The notes: a model not told the origin generated them from the sequence alone. 64,000 nt of DNA from an uncultured bacterium (GCA_965371515.1 CBDUYR010000011.1:1-64000); one strand, 5' to 3'; positions 19,024-29,756 are shown, numbered from the stretch's first letter. A program made the numbers and translations.

Positions 19024-22000
19024 TTCCAGTCTCTTTCCCTTGTGATGTCCCTTCCCGGAGTGTCATCATAACATAAACCGGCAACAGCAGCCCTGACGAG
19101 ATTCTCGCCTTCGGCGAGGAAATCGGGGCCAGCCTCTATCGACATCTCGACATCGGGCCTCACGAAGTAGAACACGACCCTCCCGACAGGCGAGATCCCA
19201 AGGCGGTCAAGCGCATACGCGTATGCCGCGCCCTGAGGCCTGTATGCCGCAAGGCGTGCAGGCACATCTTCCGGCCTGATATCGTCGGTCTTGAAATCGA
19301 CCACAGTCCATGAACCATCCCTTTCAAAGAGGAGATCGAGCCTCCCGTCGAGCATACCTCCGGGAAGGGGAAGGTTGAACGGTGGTTCGACCATCAGTTG
19401 TTCAGCCGCCCCCGCTTCTTTCATCAGGCCGGACTGGAGAACCTTCGTTCCGAGGGTGAGGATCTCTTCCCCCAGCCATGGTATTCCAGATTCGGCAGCC
19501 GCGATCAGGGCAGCGTCCCCCGGCTCAGCCGGACAAAGCCGCCGCAGCGCCAGTTCCATCATCCGGTGAAAAGCCTTGCCGAAGAGCAGGGCTTCTTCCC
19601 TGTCCAACCCGGAGAACTCACCTTCCCGGACCTCGTACTGCTCCAGCCCCGACGGGCTGACGTTCACGGGCCCTGGCGGCGAGCTCTCGAGAATCTTTTT
19701 TCTGGCCGCCGCCCATCTCGTTCTTGCCGCTTCGCCCGCGGCCATATTCTCCGGCGTGACCTTCGGCATAACGGTGAAGGGGCCCTCGCCCGAAGGGAGC
19801 TGTGGAAGATCCTGCAGACGTATCGTGTCCACATCGGCCAGAGCGTCTGCGAGAAAACCGTAGAGCTTCGGCCGCCCGCGCCCACCCCCGGGGGAGCGCG
19901 GTACGACAAGCATGTCGCCGGCCCTCGTCGCCGCGACATAGAGCATTCTTATCGTCTCTGCGATATTCATACTCTCTTCGCGCAGCGACACCTCAGGGTA
20001 ATCACTCGTCCTGCGGTTGAATATCCTCATCGCCGGCATCTTCCCCGGCCGCGGTATGAATCTGTCGGTCCCGCGCATCGCCTGGACAAGATTGACGAGG
20101 ATGACTACGGGGAACTGCAGCCCCTTCGCCTTATGTATCGTTATCATCCGCACAGCGTTCTCGCCCTCATCTATCGCGGGTGATTCTCCCTCTGCGGCAC
20201 CGAGGATGTCCTGATCCCTCATCCATCTCGCGTAGTGCCTGAAGGAGAGGACCTTCTCCTCGAAGACCCTGGCTGTCTGGATCGCCTTCCGGAGATTGAG
20301 GACCCTCTGGTCGCCGTGGACCCTCAGCTTCGATGTGGAGAGGTATCCCGTGCTCGCAAGAAGGATGCTCAGCGTCGATACGGGGCCCCTGCTGTTTCGT
20401 TCCGTATGGAGTCCGGCGAGGAGGCTGAACGCCTCCCTGAAAGCATCGAAGTCCCCATCTTCGGGGATCTCCGGCTCGAGATAGTCGAGCCTCCCACCTC
20501 CTCTCCTGTAGAGGAATATCTCCTCGTCGCTGAATCCGAACATCGGTGAACGCAGCGTGGCGATCAGCGCCGCCGAATCGAAGGGATCCTCTATCACCCA
20601 TACGGCATTGGAAATATCACGGACCTCCTGCCTCGTGTAATAGAGCTTTCCCCCCTCGACCAGATAGGGTATGTCCGCCTCCCGCAGGGGATCCTCGTAG
20701 TAGTCGATTCCGGTCGTGCTCCTGTAGATCAGCGCGATGTCGCCGAACCTCACCGGCCTCTTCTGCCGCGTCACCGGATCGAGCACCTCTTTTCCCGATT
20801 CGACGAGATCCCATATGAACCTCGCGACGGCCTCTCCCTCCTCGCGGCGGAATTCGTTGGATTTCGTCGTTCCTGTTTCGAGATCGAGGTGGAAGACTGC
20901 CGGCCCGTCCCCCTCGCGCATCGCGTGCACCGGCTCGTACTGCGGCATGTACCTTCCATCGTCCGGCTTCTTTATCAGGCCGGAGAAGGCGTGGTTCACC
21001 CAGTCGATGACCCCTGGCACCGACCTGAAGTTCTGCGTTATGTTGAGGATCGATCCCGCACCGGAGATCGCTTCCTTGACCAGTTCGTATATCTCGACGT
21101 CCGCCCTGCGGAACCTGTATATGCTCTGCTTCGGATCGCCAACGACGAAGAGCCTGCCGGGCTCGGGATCGATACCCGAAGAACCGGGCCGGCCGGCAAG
21201 TAGCATTATGATCTCGGCCTGAAGGGGATCGGTATCCTGGAACTCGTCGACGAGGATATAACGATAGCGGCGGCGAAGGGTCTCGAGCGCACTGCTGTTT
21301 TCCAGAAGTCGTCTCACCCCTATGAGCAGATCGTCGAAATCGAGCACTCCTCCCCGTTTCTTCTTCATGTCGGCAAACTCTACGAAGTCATCGCACCATC
21401 CGGAAAGAGTGTCGCGCAAATCGTCCATGTACGTCGCGCAATACTCCTCGTGGACCGCGGCGATCTCTTTGCAGAGGCTCTTCTGCAGCTTGCACGATTC
21501 ACTCGGGTTCCAGTTGTTCTGGTTACCCTTCGCTTTCGGTGGCTGGACGGCAAGGATACGCGCCGCGAGCGAAAGGCCCTCGAGTGGACCGAGATGCTGG
21601 ACCTCATCGAAGAAGGCCGTTATCTCATCGAAGCCGGCATCGTCATGCGAAATACAGTTCGAACGGGCGAGATCCATCAGGCGCAACGCGGACGAGACGA
21701 GACGCTCCCTGTGGGCGGCCGGATCGAGTCTTTCAGGCACAGCAGCCGTCCCGCCCGCCGGAGCCGCCTCATCGAAGATGCCGCCCAGAACGCTCGACGA
21801 CCTGTTGTGATAATGATAAAATGTCAGCTCCCTCAACATCTCGATGCAGAAGGCCGGCCTGCCGAGCGGCATGAGCTTTCTCAGCGCCTCTTCATGTTTC
21901 CTGTCGGCGTGACCGAGAAACTCGCCGAAGCATTCGTCCTCGAAGATCGAAGCGTCGAAGGCGTCGAGCTGCTGAAAATCGGGGTCGATAACCGCCTCGA

Positions 22001-22367
22001 GCGGAAACTCCCTGAGAATCGCCGCGGCAAAGGCATGGATCGTCGATATCTGGGCCCTCTCGAGGTCGTCCCTCGCAATCTCCAGGCGCGACCTCTCTTC
22101 GCCGGAGAGATCCTTCCCTTCGAGCAGTTCCTCGATCCTGCCGAAGAGCCTGTCCTTCATCTCCGAGGCGGCCTTCTCGGTAAATGTTATCGCGGCGACG
22201 GAGGTACATTCGGCCCTGCCGCCGCGGATGATCGAAAGGAACCTCTCGACAAGGATCGTCGTCTTCCCCGTCCCCGCCCCTGCCTCGAGACAGAACGATG
22301 TGTCGAGATCAGATATCGCCCGCTGCCTGGCCTCGTGATCGACAGGTTTCTTTCTGCCGCTACTCAA
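19020..22367 (-). CDS. addA: ATP-dependent helicase/nuclease AddA (UvrD family + RecB-like nuclease)
   Basis: EAGAGTGKT, ITFTEKAA, VDEFQDT, VGDPKQSIYRFRRAD, TIHKAKGLQF, YVAATRA; nuclease GRLDLL..VVDFKT. Confidence 0.93.
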   Translation of the reverse strand: MSSGRKKPVDHEARQRAISDLDTSFCLEAGAGTGKTTILVERFLSIIRGGRAECTSVAAITFTEKAASEMKDRLFGRIEELLEGKDLSGEERSRLEIARDDLERAQISTIHAFAAAILREFPLEAVIDPDFQQLDAFDASIFEDECFGEFLGHADRKHEEALRKLMPLGRPAFCIEMLRELTFYHYHNRSSSVLGGIFDEAAPAGGTAAVPERLDPAAHRERLVSSALRLMDLARSNCISHDDAGFDEITAFFDEVQHLGPLEGLSLAARILAVQPPKAKGNQNNWNPSESCKLQKSLCKEIAAVHEEYCATYMDDLRDTLSGWCDDFVEFADMKKKRGGVLDFDDLLIGVRRLLENSSALETLRRRYRYILVDEFQDTDPLQAEIIMLLAGRPGSSGIDPEPGRLFVVGDPKQSIYRFRRADVEIYELVKEAISGAGSILNITQNFRSVPGVIDWVNHAFSGLIKKPDDGRYMPQYEPVHAMREGDGPAVFHLDLETGTTKSNEFRREEGEAVARFIWDLVESGKEVLDPVTRQKRPVRFGDIALIYRSTTGIDYYEDPLREADIPYLVEGGKLYYTRQEVRDISNAVWVIEDPFDSAALIATLRSPMFGFSDEEIFLYRRGGGRLDYLEPEIPEDGDFDAFREAFSLLAGLHTERNSRGPVSTLSILLASTGYLSTSKLRVHGDQRVLNLRKAIQTARVFEEKVLSFRHYARWMRDQDILGAAEGESPAIDEGENAVRMITIHKAKGLQFPVVILVNLVQAMRGTDRFIPRPGKMPAMRIFNRRTSDYPEVSLREESMNIAETIRMLYVAATRAGDMLVVPRSPGGGRGRPKLYGFLADALADVDTIRLQDLPQLPSGEGPFTVMPKVTPENMAAGEAARTRWAAARKKILESSPPGPVNVSPSGLEQYEVREGEFSGLDREEALLFGKAFHRMMELALRRLCPAEPGDAALIAAAESGIPWLGEEILTLGTKVLQSGLMKEAGAAEQLMVEPPFNLPLPGGMLDGRLDLLFERDGSWTVVDFKTDDIRPEDVPARLAAYRPQGAAYAYALDRLGISPVGRVVFYFVRPDVEMSIEAGPDFLAEGENLVRAAVAGLCYDDTPGRDITRERDWK

Positions 22368-25300
22368 TTTTCAGCCCCCTCATATCGAGGTAATCGAGCA
22401 CCCGGTCGTCGCCCTCCGCTTTCACCGCGAAGAGGAATCCCCTTCCCGTCGGACATGCCTGCTTGACCCCGCAGTAATCGCAGCGCGTTCCCGGCGGAGA
22501 GACAAAGAAAAATCCGGAGGTTATGCCGTTTACTATCACGTCGAGGACCTTGGCGAATGCCATCCCGTCAGTCTTCCAGTCCGCCCCGGAGAAAACAGCC
22601 TTCTTCCTGCTGTCGCCCGTGCCGACCCTCCTGAGCATCGCTTTCCCTTTTTCGATCGGAACGCCGAGGAGATCAGATGCAGCGAGAAGATATACGGGGA
22701 GCTGAAGGTAACTGCCGCCTCCCAGATCCTGGTCCTTTGCCATGATCCTGCCGGTCTTGTAATCGATGACCACGTAGCCTCCGCCCGGTGTGATATCGAC
22801 GCGGTCTATCTTGCCGTGGAAAGAGAGTCTTCTGCCGCCCGCATCGAATGTTACCGCCTCATCGGGCGTCCTTCCGCCGAACCATGCCTCGAACATCGTC
22901 GGCACCGCCCCGCTCTCCTCGCGTGCTTCGTCGGCGAGAAGCTCCCTGACCGACGAGGCGATCGTCTCGCACTCATATTCCCAGAGGAGGGGATGGCCCA
23001 CCGGCTCGGTCGACTGGTAGAAGTCGAGGACGTCCCTCGTTACCCTTTCCGCCGCTTCGAGCGCGGCGGGAAGTGTCGCCCCTGAGAGGGGAAAGACACG
23101 CCTGCCGGAAAGCTCGGTGTAGAGCCTCTCGAGAACGAGATGCGTCAGCGTTCCACGCTGCATCGGATCGATCGTCAACGCCCTCTCGGGCTCCTCGACC
23201 GACTCGATCCCGATCAGCTTCTCGACGAGAAATGCAAAGGGGCAGTTCGCCCAGGACTGGAGGGTCGTGGCCGAGAGGTTCCAGCCCTTTTCAGCCATCG
23301 CGGCATCTATCTCCGCGAGCGCCTCCGGCGATTCGAAGACACCGTCGTAAGGGGTGAACCTTCTCGTGCCCCAGCGCGACCTTACCAGCGTCGTTCCCAT
23401 CCTGAAGAATATCGACGAGGGATAGTGAACGATCTTTCCGAGCCTCCTGCCCGACATGAGGAAATCGTAATCTTCCTCCCCCAGCGGCACCTCCATCCCC
23501 TCGGGCCTGCCCCGCAGGGGGATGCGGACGGCCGCGGCCGAGCGTGCCGACGGCCCGGCCGGGAGTCCCGGCACGAACCTGATATATGAAGTGGGTATGT
23601 ATTCCTTGTTCCCGCCCGTTTCCAGCCTGGGCCAGCTGCAGACGAGCCTGCTCGAGGCCGACGAACACGCCATCGCGAAGATCATCGCCGACTCCGCAAG
23701 GCGCTCTCCCTTCAGCGAAAGATGTACGCCGCCTCCTGTGACCCTCGATATTGCCTCACGCTCCTGGTCCTTTATGAAGGGATCCTGCCTGACCTTCCCG
23801 GGGACGGAGCCTTCCTTGAGCCCCGTCATGAATGTTACGTTGAACTGCAGGCCCCGCGCGCGGCTCGCTGTTATGACATTGACGCCGTCGCCTCCGAACC
23901 TTCCCCCGCTCTCCGATCCGCCTTCGAGTGAGGCGGCCGCTATCCTCCCGAACCTTCCCGCGTCACACGAGGACGATATCTCGTCGAGAGTGGCTAGCCC
24001 GCTGATCGTCCGGACCGCCTCTTCGGCCGATTCACCGTCGAAAAGGTCGCTCAGGGCACCGGTAAAGGCAGCGGAGAATCCGCTCCAGTCGTCGCATTCC
24101 TCGAATGCCCTTCGTGCACGCTCGATCACGGAGATCGCTTCGACTGCAGGGCCGAGGATCTCCGACCATCGCGTGCCATTTTCATTATCCTCTTCATGCC
24201 GCCTGACCTTCTCGAGAAGCCGTTCGTTCTCAGCGTCCCATCCCGTATCCCCCCTCATACCCTCGCCCGCGCTCAGGCGCACCCATAGGGCGAATGGATC
24301 GGCGCCGGCCCATTCGACGCCGCGCACCACGACCGGCGACGAGATGAGAAAATCGACCAGCCCGCTCCTGCCTCCGTCACCGCAGAGAACATCGAGAAGC
24401 CTTAGCGCTCCGGTCCGCATCGGGTCGGCTGCCTTGTAAGAGCCGATGCGTGAATACCACGGGATCCCCGCCTCCTCGAGCGCCTCCCGCAGGGGAGGCC
24501 AGTCGCCTCTCGACCAGGGAAGTATCGCCGTTTCACCGAACCGGGGCCCGCCGGCCTCGCGGATCTCGATGATACGCCTGACCACTTCCCTCGCCTCTTC
24601 GACCGCATCGGGAGCGTTGAACAATTCAATCTCTTCGGTCCGCTCAGAGCTGCCTTCAAGAGAAAGGAGCTCGAATCTCTCGCCTCCCAGCCGCTCGATC
24701 AGCGGCCATGCGAACCTGTATGGTGCATCTTCGCACCATGGAACGAACACGGCCGCCGGACCGGATTTCATGGCGGCTTTCAGAAGTCGGTACTGAAGCT
24801 CGTTGAGATCATAGAATCCGTATGCGAATACCGCGCAATCGCGGAGAGCGCCTGCAGCGGAATCGGCCGCCCGCATGAAACGCGTATGCATGTCGCCGCC
24901 CCGTGATTCGATCATCTTCCGGTACCGGGCATAGAGATCGAGGACGCCAAGGACTCTTTCCGAACGGAGACCGGGATCGGCGCTTTCGATGACAGCCTTT
25001 GCTTCGGCCGCACCGCAGCCGCCCTCGGCAAGATCGGTGAATGTCAATTGGAGGGCCGTCACGAATCCACCTGTCATGGCGACTTCAGAGAAACAATCTG
25101 GAACGTCCCCACCGGCAAGCTCCTCGAGAAGGACCCTGCACGCAAGTGGAGAGAGCTGCACTCGCAGGCAGGCCTCCGAACGCTCATCCACCAGTGATAC
25201 CAGGTCGGGCATTGTAAGGAAGTGGACATTGAAAAGCCCGCCGAGGATTACAGACAGCCTCTTCTTGAGATACGAGCCGAGAAGGTTGGAACCGGCGACG

Positions 25301-25407
25301 ACGATCGCCTCGGCCGCCGGGTCGTCTTTTTTGAGGGCACGGAGCTCCTCGGCCGCAGCCTCTTCGAGACGCCTGAAATCTCCCGATGTATACAGCGTTC
25401 GCGCCAA
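22360..25407 (-). CDS. addB: AddB-like helicase-nuclease partner subunit with Fe-S staple
   Basis: C-terminal PD-(D/E)xK domain (GKIDRVD..IDYKTG, QLPVY); Cys in NCPF and CDYCGVKQAC; TTG start after GAGGAGG; overlaps addA. Confidence 0.88.
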   Translation of the reverse strand: MARTLYTSGDFRRLEEAAAEELRALKKDDPAAEAIVVAGSNLLGSYLKKRLSVILGGLFNVHFLTMPDLVSLVDERSEACLRVQLSPLACRVLLEELAGGDVPDCFSEVAMTGGFVTALQLTFTDLAEGGCGAAEAKAVIESADPGLRSERVLGVLDLYARYRKMIESRGGDMHTRFMRAADSAAGALRDCAVFAYGFYDLNELQYRLLKAAMKSGPAAVFVPWCEDAPYRFAWPLIERLGGERFELLSLEGSSERTEEIELFNAPDAVEEAREVVRRIIEIREAGGPRFGETAILPWSRGDWPPLREALEEAGIPWYSRIGSYKAADPMRTGALRLLDVLCGDGGRSGLVDFLISSPVVVRGVEWAGADPFALWVRLSAGEGMRGDTGWDAENERLLEKVRRHEEDNENGTRWSEILGPAVEAISVIERARRAFEECDDWSGFSAAFTGALSDLFDGESAEEAVRTISGLATLDEISSSCDAGRFGRIAAASLEGGSESGGRFGGDGVNVITASRARGLQFNVTFMTGLKEGSVPGKVRQDPFIKDQEREAISRVTGGGVHLSLKGERLAESAMIFAMACSSASSRLVCSWPRLETGGNKEYIPTSYIRFVPGLPAGPSARSAAAVRIPLRGRPEGMEVPLGEEDYDFLMSGRRLGKIVHYPSSIFFRMGTTLVRSRWGTRRFTPYDGVFESPEALAEIDAAMAEKGWNLSATTLQSWANCPFAFLVEKLIGIESVEEPERALTIDPMQRGTLTHLVLERLYTELSGRRVFPLSGATLPAALEAAERVTRDVLDFYQSTEPVGHPLLWEYECETIASSVRELLADEAREESGAVPTMFEAWFGGRTPDEAVTFDAGGRRLSFHGKIDRVDITPGGGYVVIDYKTGRIMAKDQDLGGGSYLQLPVYLLAASDLLGVPIEKGKAMLRRVGTGDSRKKAVFSGADWKTDGMAFAKVLDVIVNGITSGFFFVSPPGTRCDYCGVKQACPTGRGFLFAVKAEGDDRVLDYLDMRGLKIE

Positions 25408-25475
25408 ATGGATCCCTCCTCGGGGAGATTCTAGCAGAATGGCGCGTTCTTGATAAGCGTGCAACGGACCCGGGA

Positions 25476-25512
25476 ATAAAAAGGGCGCGGGGCCTGATGC
25501 CCCGCGCCCTTT
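25476..25512 (-). terminator. Intrinsic terminator of the C1 peptidase gene
   Basis: 14-bp perfect stem AAAGGGCGCGGGGC/GCCCCGCGCCCTTT with a U-rich tail on the minus strand. Confidence 0.85.
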
Positions 25513-25537
25513 AAACGCATCGGTGAAATGCCTGTCA

Positions 25538-27808
25538 TCAGGCTCTGTTCGCCGCGCTTCTCTTCATCACTACCGCCGCGACAGCGATCATGGCGAGCAC
25601 TAAAACCGTCATGACCGGAGCTGAGAAGATCGGCACGGGCACGGGCTCGACCACGTGGACTGCCTGTACGCACGTGTCGTAGACGGTACCGGTAGCATCA
25701 TCCCAGACGACGATCGTCAGGGTGTCCCAGGTGCAGACGAAAGCCGCACCGGCATCAACGATGCCGTAGACATCCCCGCACGTTCCGCCGACCACGCCGG
25801 AAAGCGTTCCGGTCTGGTTCAGCGCGCCGCCGACGTTTCCGAGGCTGGTGATCGCGTAGCCGTAATCGGTAGCCGGAGCGCAGGCGTCGCCGTTGCAGAT
25901 CGAGAACGGAATGTAAGCGGAGGTCTGACCCTGCTCGACGTAGTACAGGCTGTCCTGAAGAATGTAGAGCGCCGGAGGCGACGCGACGATCTCGAAGTCC
26001 TGCGTAATCGTGCTCCAGCAGTCGACCGGGCCCGAACGGACGTTCGGATCCTCACAGTCACCACTGTCGGGCTGAGCTGTCATCGTCTCGTCGCAGTAGG
26101 CCATCTGAGCGGTCAGAGTGTTCAGGTCGCCTACGGTAGCTTCGCAGGGAACCGTCATGCAGAGCTCGGTCACGTAGTACCAGGAATCAACACCATCGTC
26201 GTTGATGATGTAGCATTTGGCCTCGGCGTCTTCGCCTTCAACACCCTGCTCGAAACCGAGGAAGATGTTCGTGATCGGCCAACCCTGGACATCCGATGTG
26301 ACAACGCCGAAAGTGTCCATGATAGCGGTGCAAGTCGTTGACGCCCAGCTGAACTGCCCGGCGTACAGAACTTCGCACCAGGTCTCGCCTCTGATAACGC
26401 TGATCGTTCCGCCGGCGAAATCAAAGTAGAAAGCAGGATCGCCCTGCTTGAGGTCATAAGAACCGGAGATTTCCTCCGGGCCGATCGTCGCACGGAGACC
26501 GATGTCGCCGTAGTCGAAGTTACCGGCGTCGAGGGCCGCGAATGTCGCGCCGGTGTTGCTGATAAAGCTCTTGTTCGTTTCCATCGGGCCGGAATCGTCG
26601 AACGGGATGGGATAGTTATATCCCGGGGTCGAGAGGTCGGCGAAGATATAGACCGGATTTCCCGCCGAGACCGCGACGGGAACGGTCAGATCGATAGTGT
26701 AGTAACCCGCTTCGAGGACCGTTGCGGTGAACGGGCCGGCGAGAAGCGTGGTGGGCATGGTCGAGCCGTTGAAATTGTCGTAGAGCGAGATCGAGTAGGT
26801 CATGGGACCGGAAGTGGCCCAGAAGTGAAACGAGTGTACGTATTCGCTGGCGCTCTGAGGCGTGATCTCCACGACGGCGTAGTCGTGGGTGTCGCTGTAA
26901 CCGATGGAGGACCACCATCCCCAGTCGTCCCAGTAATACATCGTCTTGTTCGGATCATGATCCCTGTAGCCGGTGACCACGTTCGAGTTCGTACCGATCT
27001 GTGCGCTTCCCCATGTGATGTAGAAGTACCCGTTGTCGCCCCAGGCGGTCCCCCACGAGTTCTTCACTATCCAGCCGCCGACTCCCGCGCCGCAGAGGTC
27101 GTCGTCCCATCCGACGATCAGTACGGCGTGGTTCGAACCCTCAGGTCCGGCATAACTCAGGCAGCCGGTGCCGTTATACGAGTTGAATGCGGGGAAACTG
27201 GCGTACATCGAGGTGTGGACGGGGCCATATGTCTGCAGCGCCGCCTTGATCGCGTTGACGTCGTTCGGGATGACCTTCCACTCGGTAACCTGCTTGAGAT
27301 AGGTGCACGAGGGATTGACGCAGGTCGGCAGCGGGCATCCGCCCGGGTAAGTATCGCACGACTCGTCGACCGTGCCGAGCAGCGCGAGATAGTTAGTCGA
27401 CATCCATGCGTTACCGCCGGCGTTGCAGTCGTTCGATGTCACGTTGCATGCCTGGATGTTGAGCTCTGAGTAGTCGTAGACGACGCTCTCATTGATCAGG
27501 ACCTTTGATTCGAGGTCCCCGAGCGCGCCGAAGGCCCAGCATGTCCCGTAGGGATTCTGGTTCTTGACCGGTGTGACACCGCTCATCGTCCTCCAGTCCC
27601 ACGAGGCCGCCGGCGCCATCATAAAATCGCGCATCGGTTTGATATGGCTCAGATCGTGAGGGGGCGGCACGTACCCGAACTCCGTCGGGCCCGAGGGGAA
27701 AGCAATATATTTCTTCGGGGCGGCAGTCGGCTGCTGTGCGAAAGCATCCGACGAAACGGCCGCCGCAAGTGTCACGGCGAGAAGAAGCAGCATTAATCTC
27801 GTTCTCAT
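25538..27808 (-). CDS. Exported papain-family (C1A) cysteine peptidase with accessory domains and C-terminal membrane anchor
   Basis: Signal peptide from MRTRLM (27808); WDWR, QNPYGTCWAF, NHAVLIVGW and KNSWG; ends PVPVP-TM-KR. Confidence 0.9.
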   Translation of the reverse strand: MRTRLMLLLLAVTLAAAVSSDAFAQQPTAAPKKYIAFPSGPTEFGYVPPPHDLSHIKPMRDFMMAPAASWDWRTMSGVTPVKNQNPYGTCWAFGALGDLESKVLINESVVYDYSELNIQACNVTSNDCNAGGNAWMSTNYLALLGTVDESCDTYPGGCPLPTCVNPSCTYLKQVTEWKVIPNDVNAIKAALQTYGPVHTSMYASFPAFNSYNGTGCLSYAGPEGSNHAVLIVGWDDDLCGAGVGGWIVKNSWGTAWGDNGYFYITWGSAQIGTNSNVVTGYRDHDPNKTMYYWDDWGWWSSIGYSDTHDYAVVEITPQSASEYVHSFHFWATSGPMTYSISLYDNFNGSTMPTTLLAGPFTATVLEAGYYTIDLTVPVAVSAGNPVYIFADLSTPGYNYPIPFDDSGPMETNKSFISNTGATFAALDAGNFDYGDIGLRATIGPEEISGSYDLKQGDPAFYFDFAGGTISVIRGETWCEVLYAGQFSWASTTCTAIMDTFGVVTSDVQGWPITNIFLGFEQGVEGEDAEAKCYIINDDGVDSWYYVTELCMTVPCEATVGDLNTLTAQMAYCDETMTAQPDSGDCEDPNVRSGPVDCWSTITQDFEIVASPPALYILQDSLYYVEQGQTSAYIPFSICNGDACAPATDYGYAITSLGNVGGALNQTGTLSGVVGGTCGDVYGIVDAGAAFVCTWDTLTIVVWDDATGTVYDTCVQAVHVVEPVPVPIFSAPVMTVLVLAMIAVAAVVMKRSAANRA

Positions 27809-28118
27809 CCTTCGATCTCCCTGTCCTTTGGTCTCCTCTGGTTGATTCAGCCTCATTCGTGGCAGCCTTAAGGGCGGGTTCAGTCGACCCGTCCCACCTC
27901 CTTTGCGGGCATCGCTCTCCCTGATTTCGAGTCGGATCCCATCGATAGCTCGATTCACCGGCGCTTATTATATCAAACATCTCACGATATATCAATGATT
28001 TGTGACATACCGCAATCTCTGAACAACTGCCCCGGATTCCTTTTCCGCTGGTAAGGAACCCGCTGGATGGGGTATCTTTTTACTCCCTAGCAAGAAACAT
28101 AACAACAGGGAGGGGTAA

Positions 28119-29747
28119 ATGACATCCTCCGGGTACCGTTCCCCGGCCCGGATGCCGACGGGTCTCGCAATCCTGATATTCACCGCCGCTTCGGTCCTGC
28201 CGCCGTCCTGCGCGAGTGCCGAATCGGTTTTCGGCAGGAAGCAGCCGTCGGCGAGGATTTACGCCCTCGGCAGCCATTTCGCCGGAATCATTCCCGATCA
28301 GCTGACCGACCTCACACTCAATCCTGCGCATGCCTGGGACGCGGAATCTCTGACGATCAACTACGGCTTCAGGAATCCATCCGGCCAGTCGCTCCCGTTT
28401 CCGATCGCTTATATGGACATGGAGCCGGATTTCCATACAATGAACATCAACGGTACGAACGAGATCAGGCTGTTCGGCGTGAGCGCCTGGGGCTGGAAGT
28501 GGGCTTTCGACACAGAGTGGGAACTCTACCATCGTGACAATTGCAACCGGTGGGGGACTAATGGGTTCGACCGGAACTGGCAAGCGGACATCAGCACGAT
28601 CATAAGGGAAGAATGCGTCATCAACGACAATAATTACTTCCGCCTCGACATCGCATCAGCGAGAAGACTCGGCGACAGGACCGTGCTCGGTCTCAGGGCC
28701 GGAGGAAACTTCAGGTACTACAATTCCAAGTGGCGAGACCGATACGTGAGGGAAGAATACGATTACGATAGCGATACAGGAGAGTACGTGCAGGACTACG
28801 GCCGGTCGACCGACTACCTCCACGACAACTCAAAGAAGCTCTTCACCGGATACCTCGAGGCCGGAATGACCTGGAAGGATTCGGGGGAGCTGGTCGTCCG
28901 CGGAGGGTACGCCGAAGGCACCCATCTGAGGGACGATTACAACCTGTCGATACAGACAGGATACGATAACTACACCTGGGAACTGGACGATTACAACTAC
29001 CGTCTCCAGGAATTCCGCGAGGCCCGCGATGGAGATACGTGGAAACTCTCGGCATTCGTGAAGAAGAAATACTCCGGAGGGTTCGTCATATTCGCAGCGG
29101 GAGGTCATGAGAGAGGCAGCTACGAATCCGACTGGCGCAATTCCTACACGCTCTACTCCTGGGGAAGCTATGGCGACCTTAATGTCGAGGACGAAATGTG
29201 GTATCCCGGTGAGGGAACACGAACGAGATCGGAGGCCGTCTTCAATATAGGTAAGACATACGCCCTCGAACGCAGGATCGACCTGACGCCGGGAGTCCAT
29301 GTAGGCTATAAGAAGGAAAGGTTCGAAGAGAGCGGCGAGGCGAGCATCTACTCGTATATAAACAATGGCGGCACTGTCTTCACGACCTGGTACCGCCTGC
29401 CGGTATCTTTCGAGCGGACGGAATCATGGACCGAACTCGTTCTACCCCTCGCCATCGAGTTCCGTGCGGCTTCGTTCTTCCATCTCTACTCAGGATTCGG
29501 CATGTCGTTCACCTGGAACCGGGACGTAACGAAGCACACATCAATCCTCCAGTTCGGAGAGTCGGATGATGCGCTCATTCCGGAAAAGACCGAGATGGAA
29601 GACAACCGGTTCGACACCGGCTACTACGCGACGCTCGGATTCTCGCTGAGATACAGGGAAAAACTCTTTCTCGACATGTATACGGGAAGCGATATTGTTC
29701 CGGAGAGGATCACGCAATACATAATCGACCTGCGGTACGTTTTCTGA
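28119..29747 (+). CDS. Hypothetical outer-membrane beta-barrel protein
   Basis: Signal peptide; Tyr/Trp-rich amphipathic strands; C-terminal beta-signal-like YIIDLRYVF. Confidence 0.7.
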   Translation: MTSSGYRSPARMPTGLAILIFTAASVLPPSCASAESVFGRKQPSARIYALGSHFAGIIPDQLTDLTLNPAHAWDAESLTINYGFRNPSGQSLPFPIAYMDMEPDFHTMNINGTNEIRLFGVSAWGWKWAFDTEWELYHRDNCNRWGTNGFDRNWQADISTIIREECVINDNNYFRLDIASARRLGDRTVLGLRAGGNFRYYNSKWRDRYVREEYDYDSDTGEYVQDYGRSTDYLHDNSKKLFTGYLEAGMTWKDSGELVVRGGYAEGTHLRDDYNLSIQTGYDNYTWELDDYNYRLQEFREARDGDTWKLSAFVKKKYSGGFVIFAAGGHERGSYESDWRNSYTLYSWGSYGDLNVEDEMWYPGEGTRTRSEAVFNIGKTYALERRIDLTPGVHVGYKKERFEESGEASIYSYINNGGTVFTTWYRLPVSFERTESWTELVLPLAIEFRAASFFHLYSGFGMSFTWNRDVTKHTSILQFGESDDALIPEKTEMEDNRFDTGYYATLGFSLRYREKLFLDMYTGSDIVPERITQYIIDLRYVF

Positions 29748-29756
29748 CGGCCCCGC

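Noticed and set aside
22360..23400. Cas4-like Fe-S nuclease domain suggesting CRISPR
   Set aside because: It is the C-terminus of AddB next to AddA; no repeat-spacer array or cas genes were seen in the window.
27809..27990. Possible c-di-GMP-I riboswitch upstream of the C1 peptidase
   Set aside because: CGAAA, CGCAAAG and GCTGCC fragments are present, but their spacing and pairing do not fit the consensus by eye; an Infernal scan would be needed.
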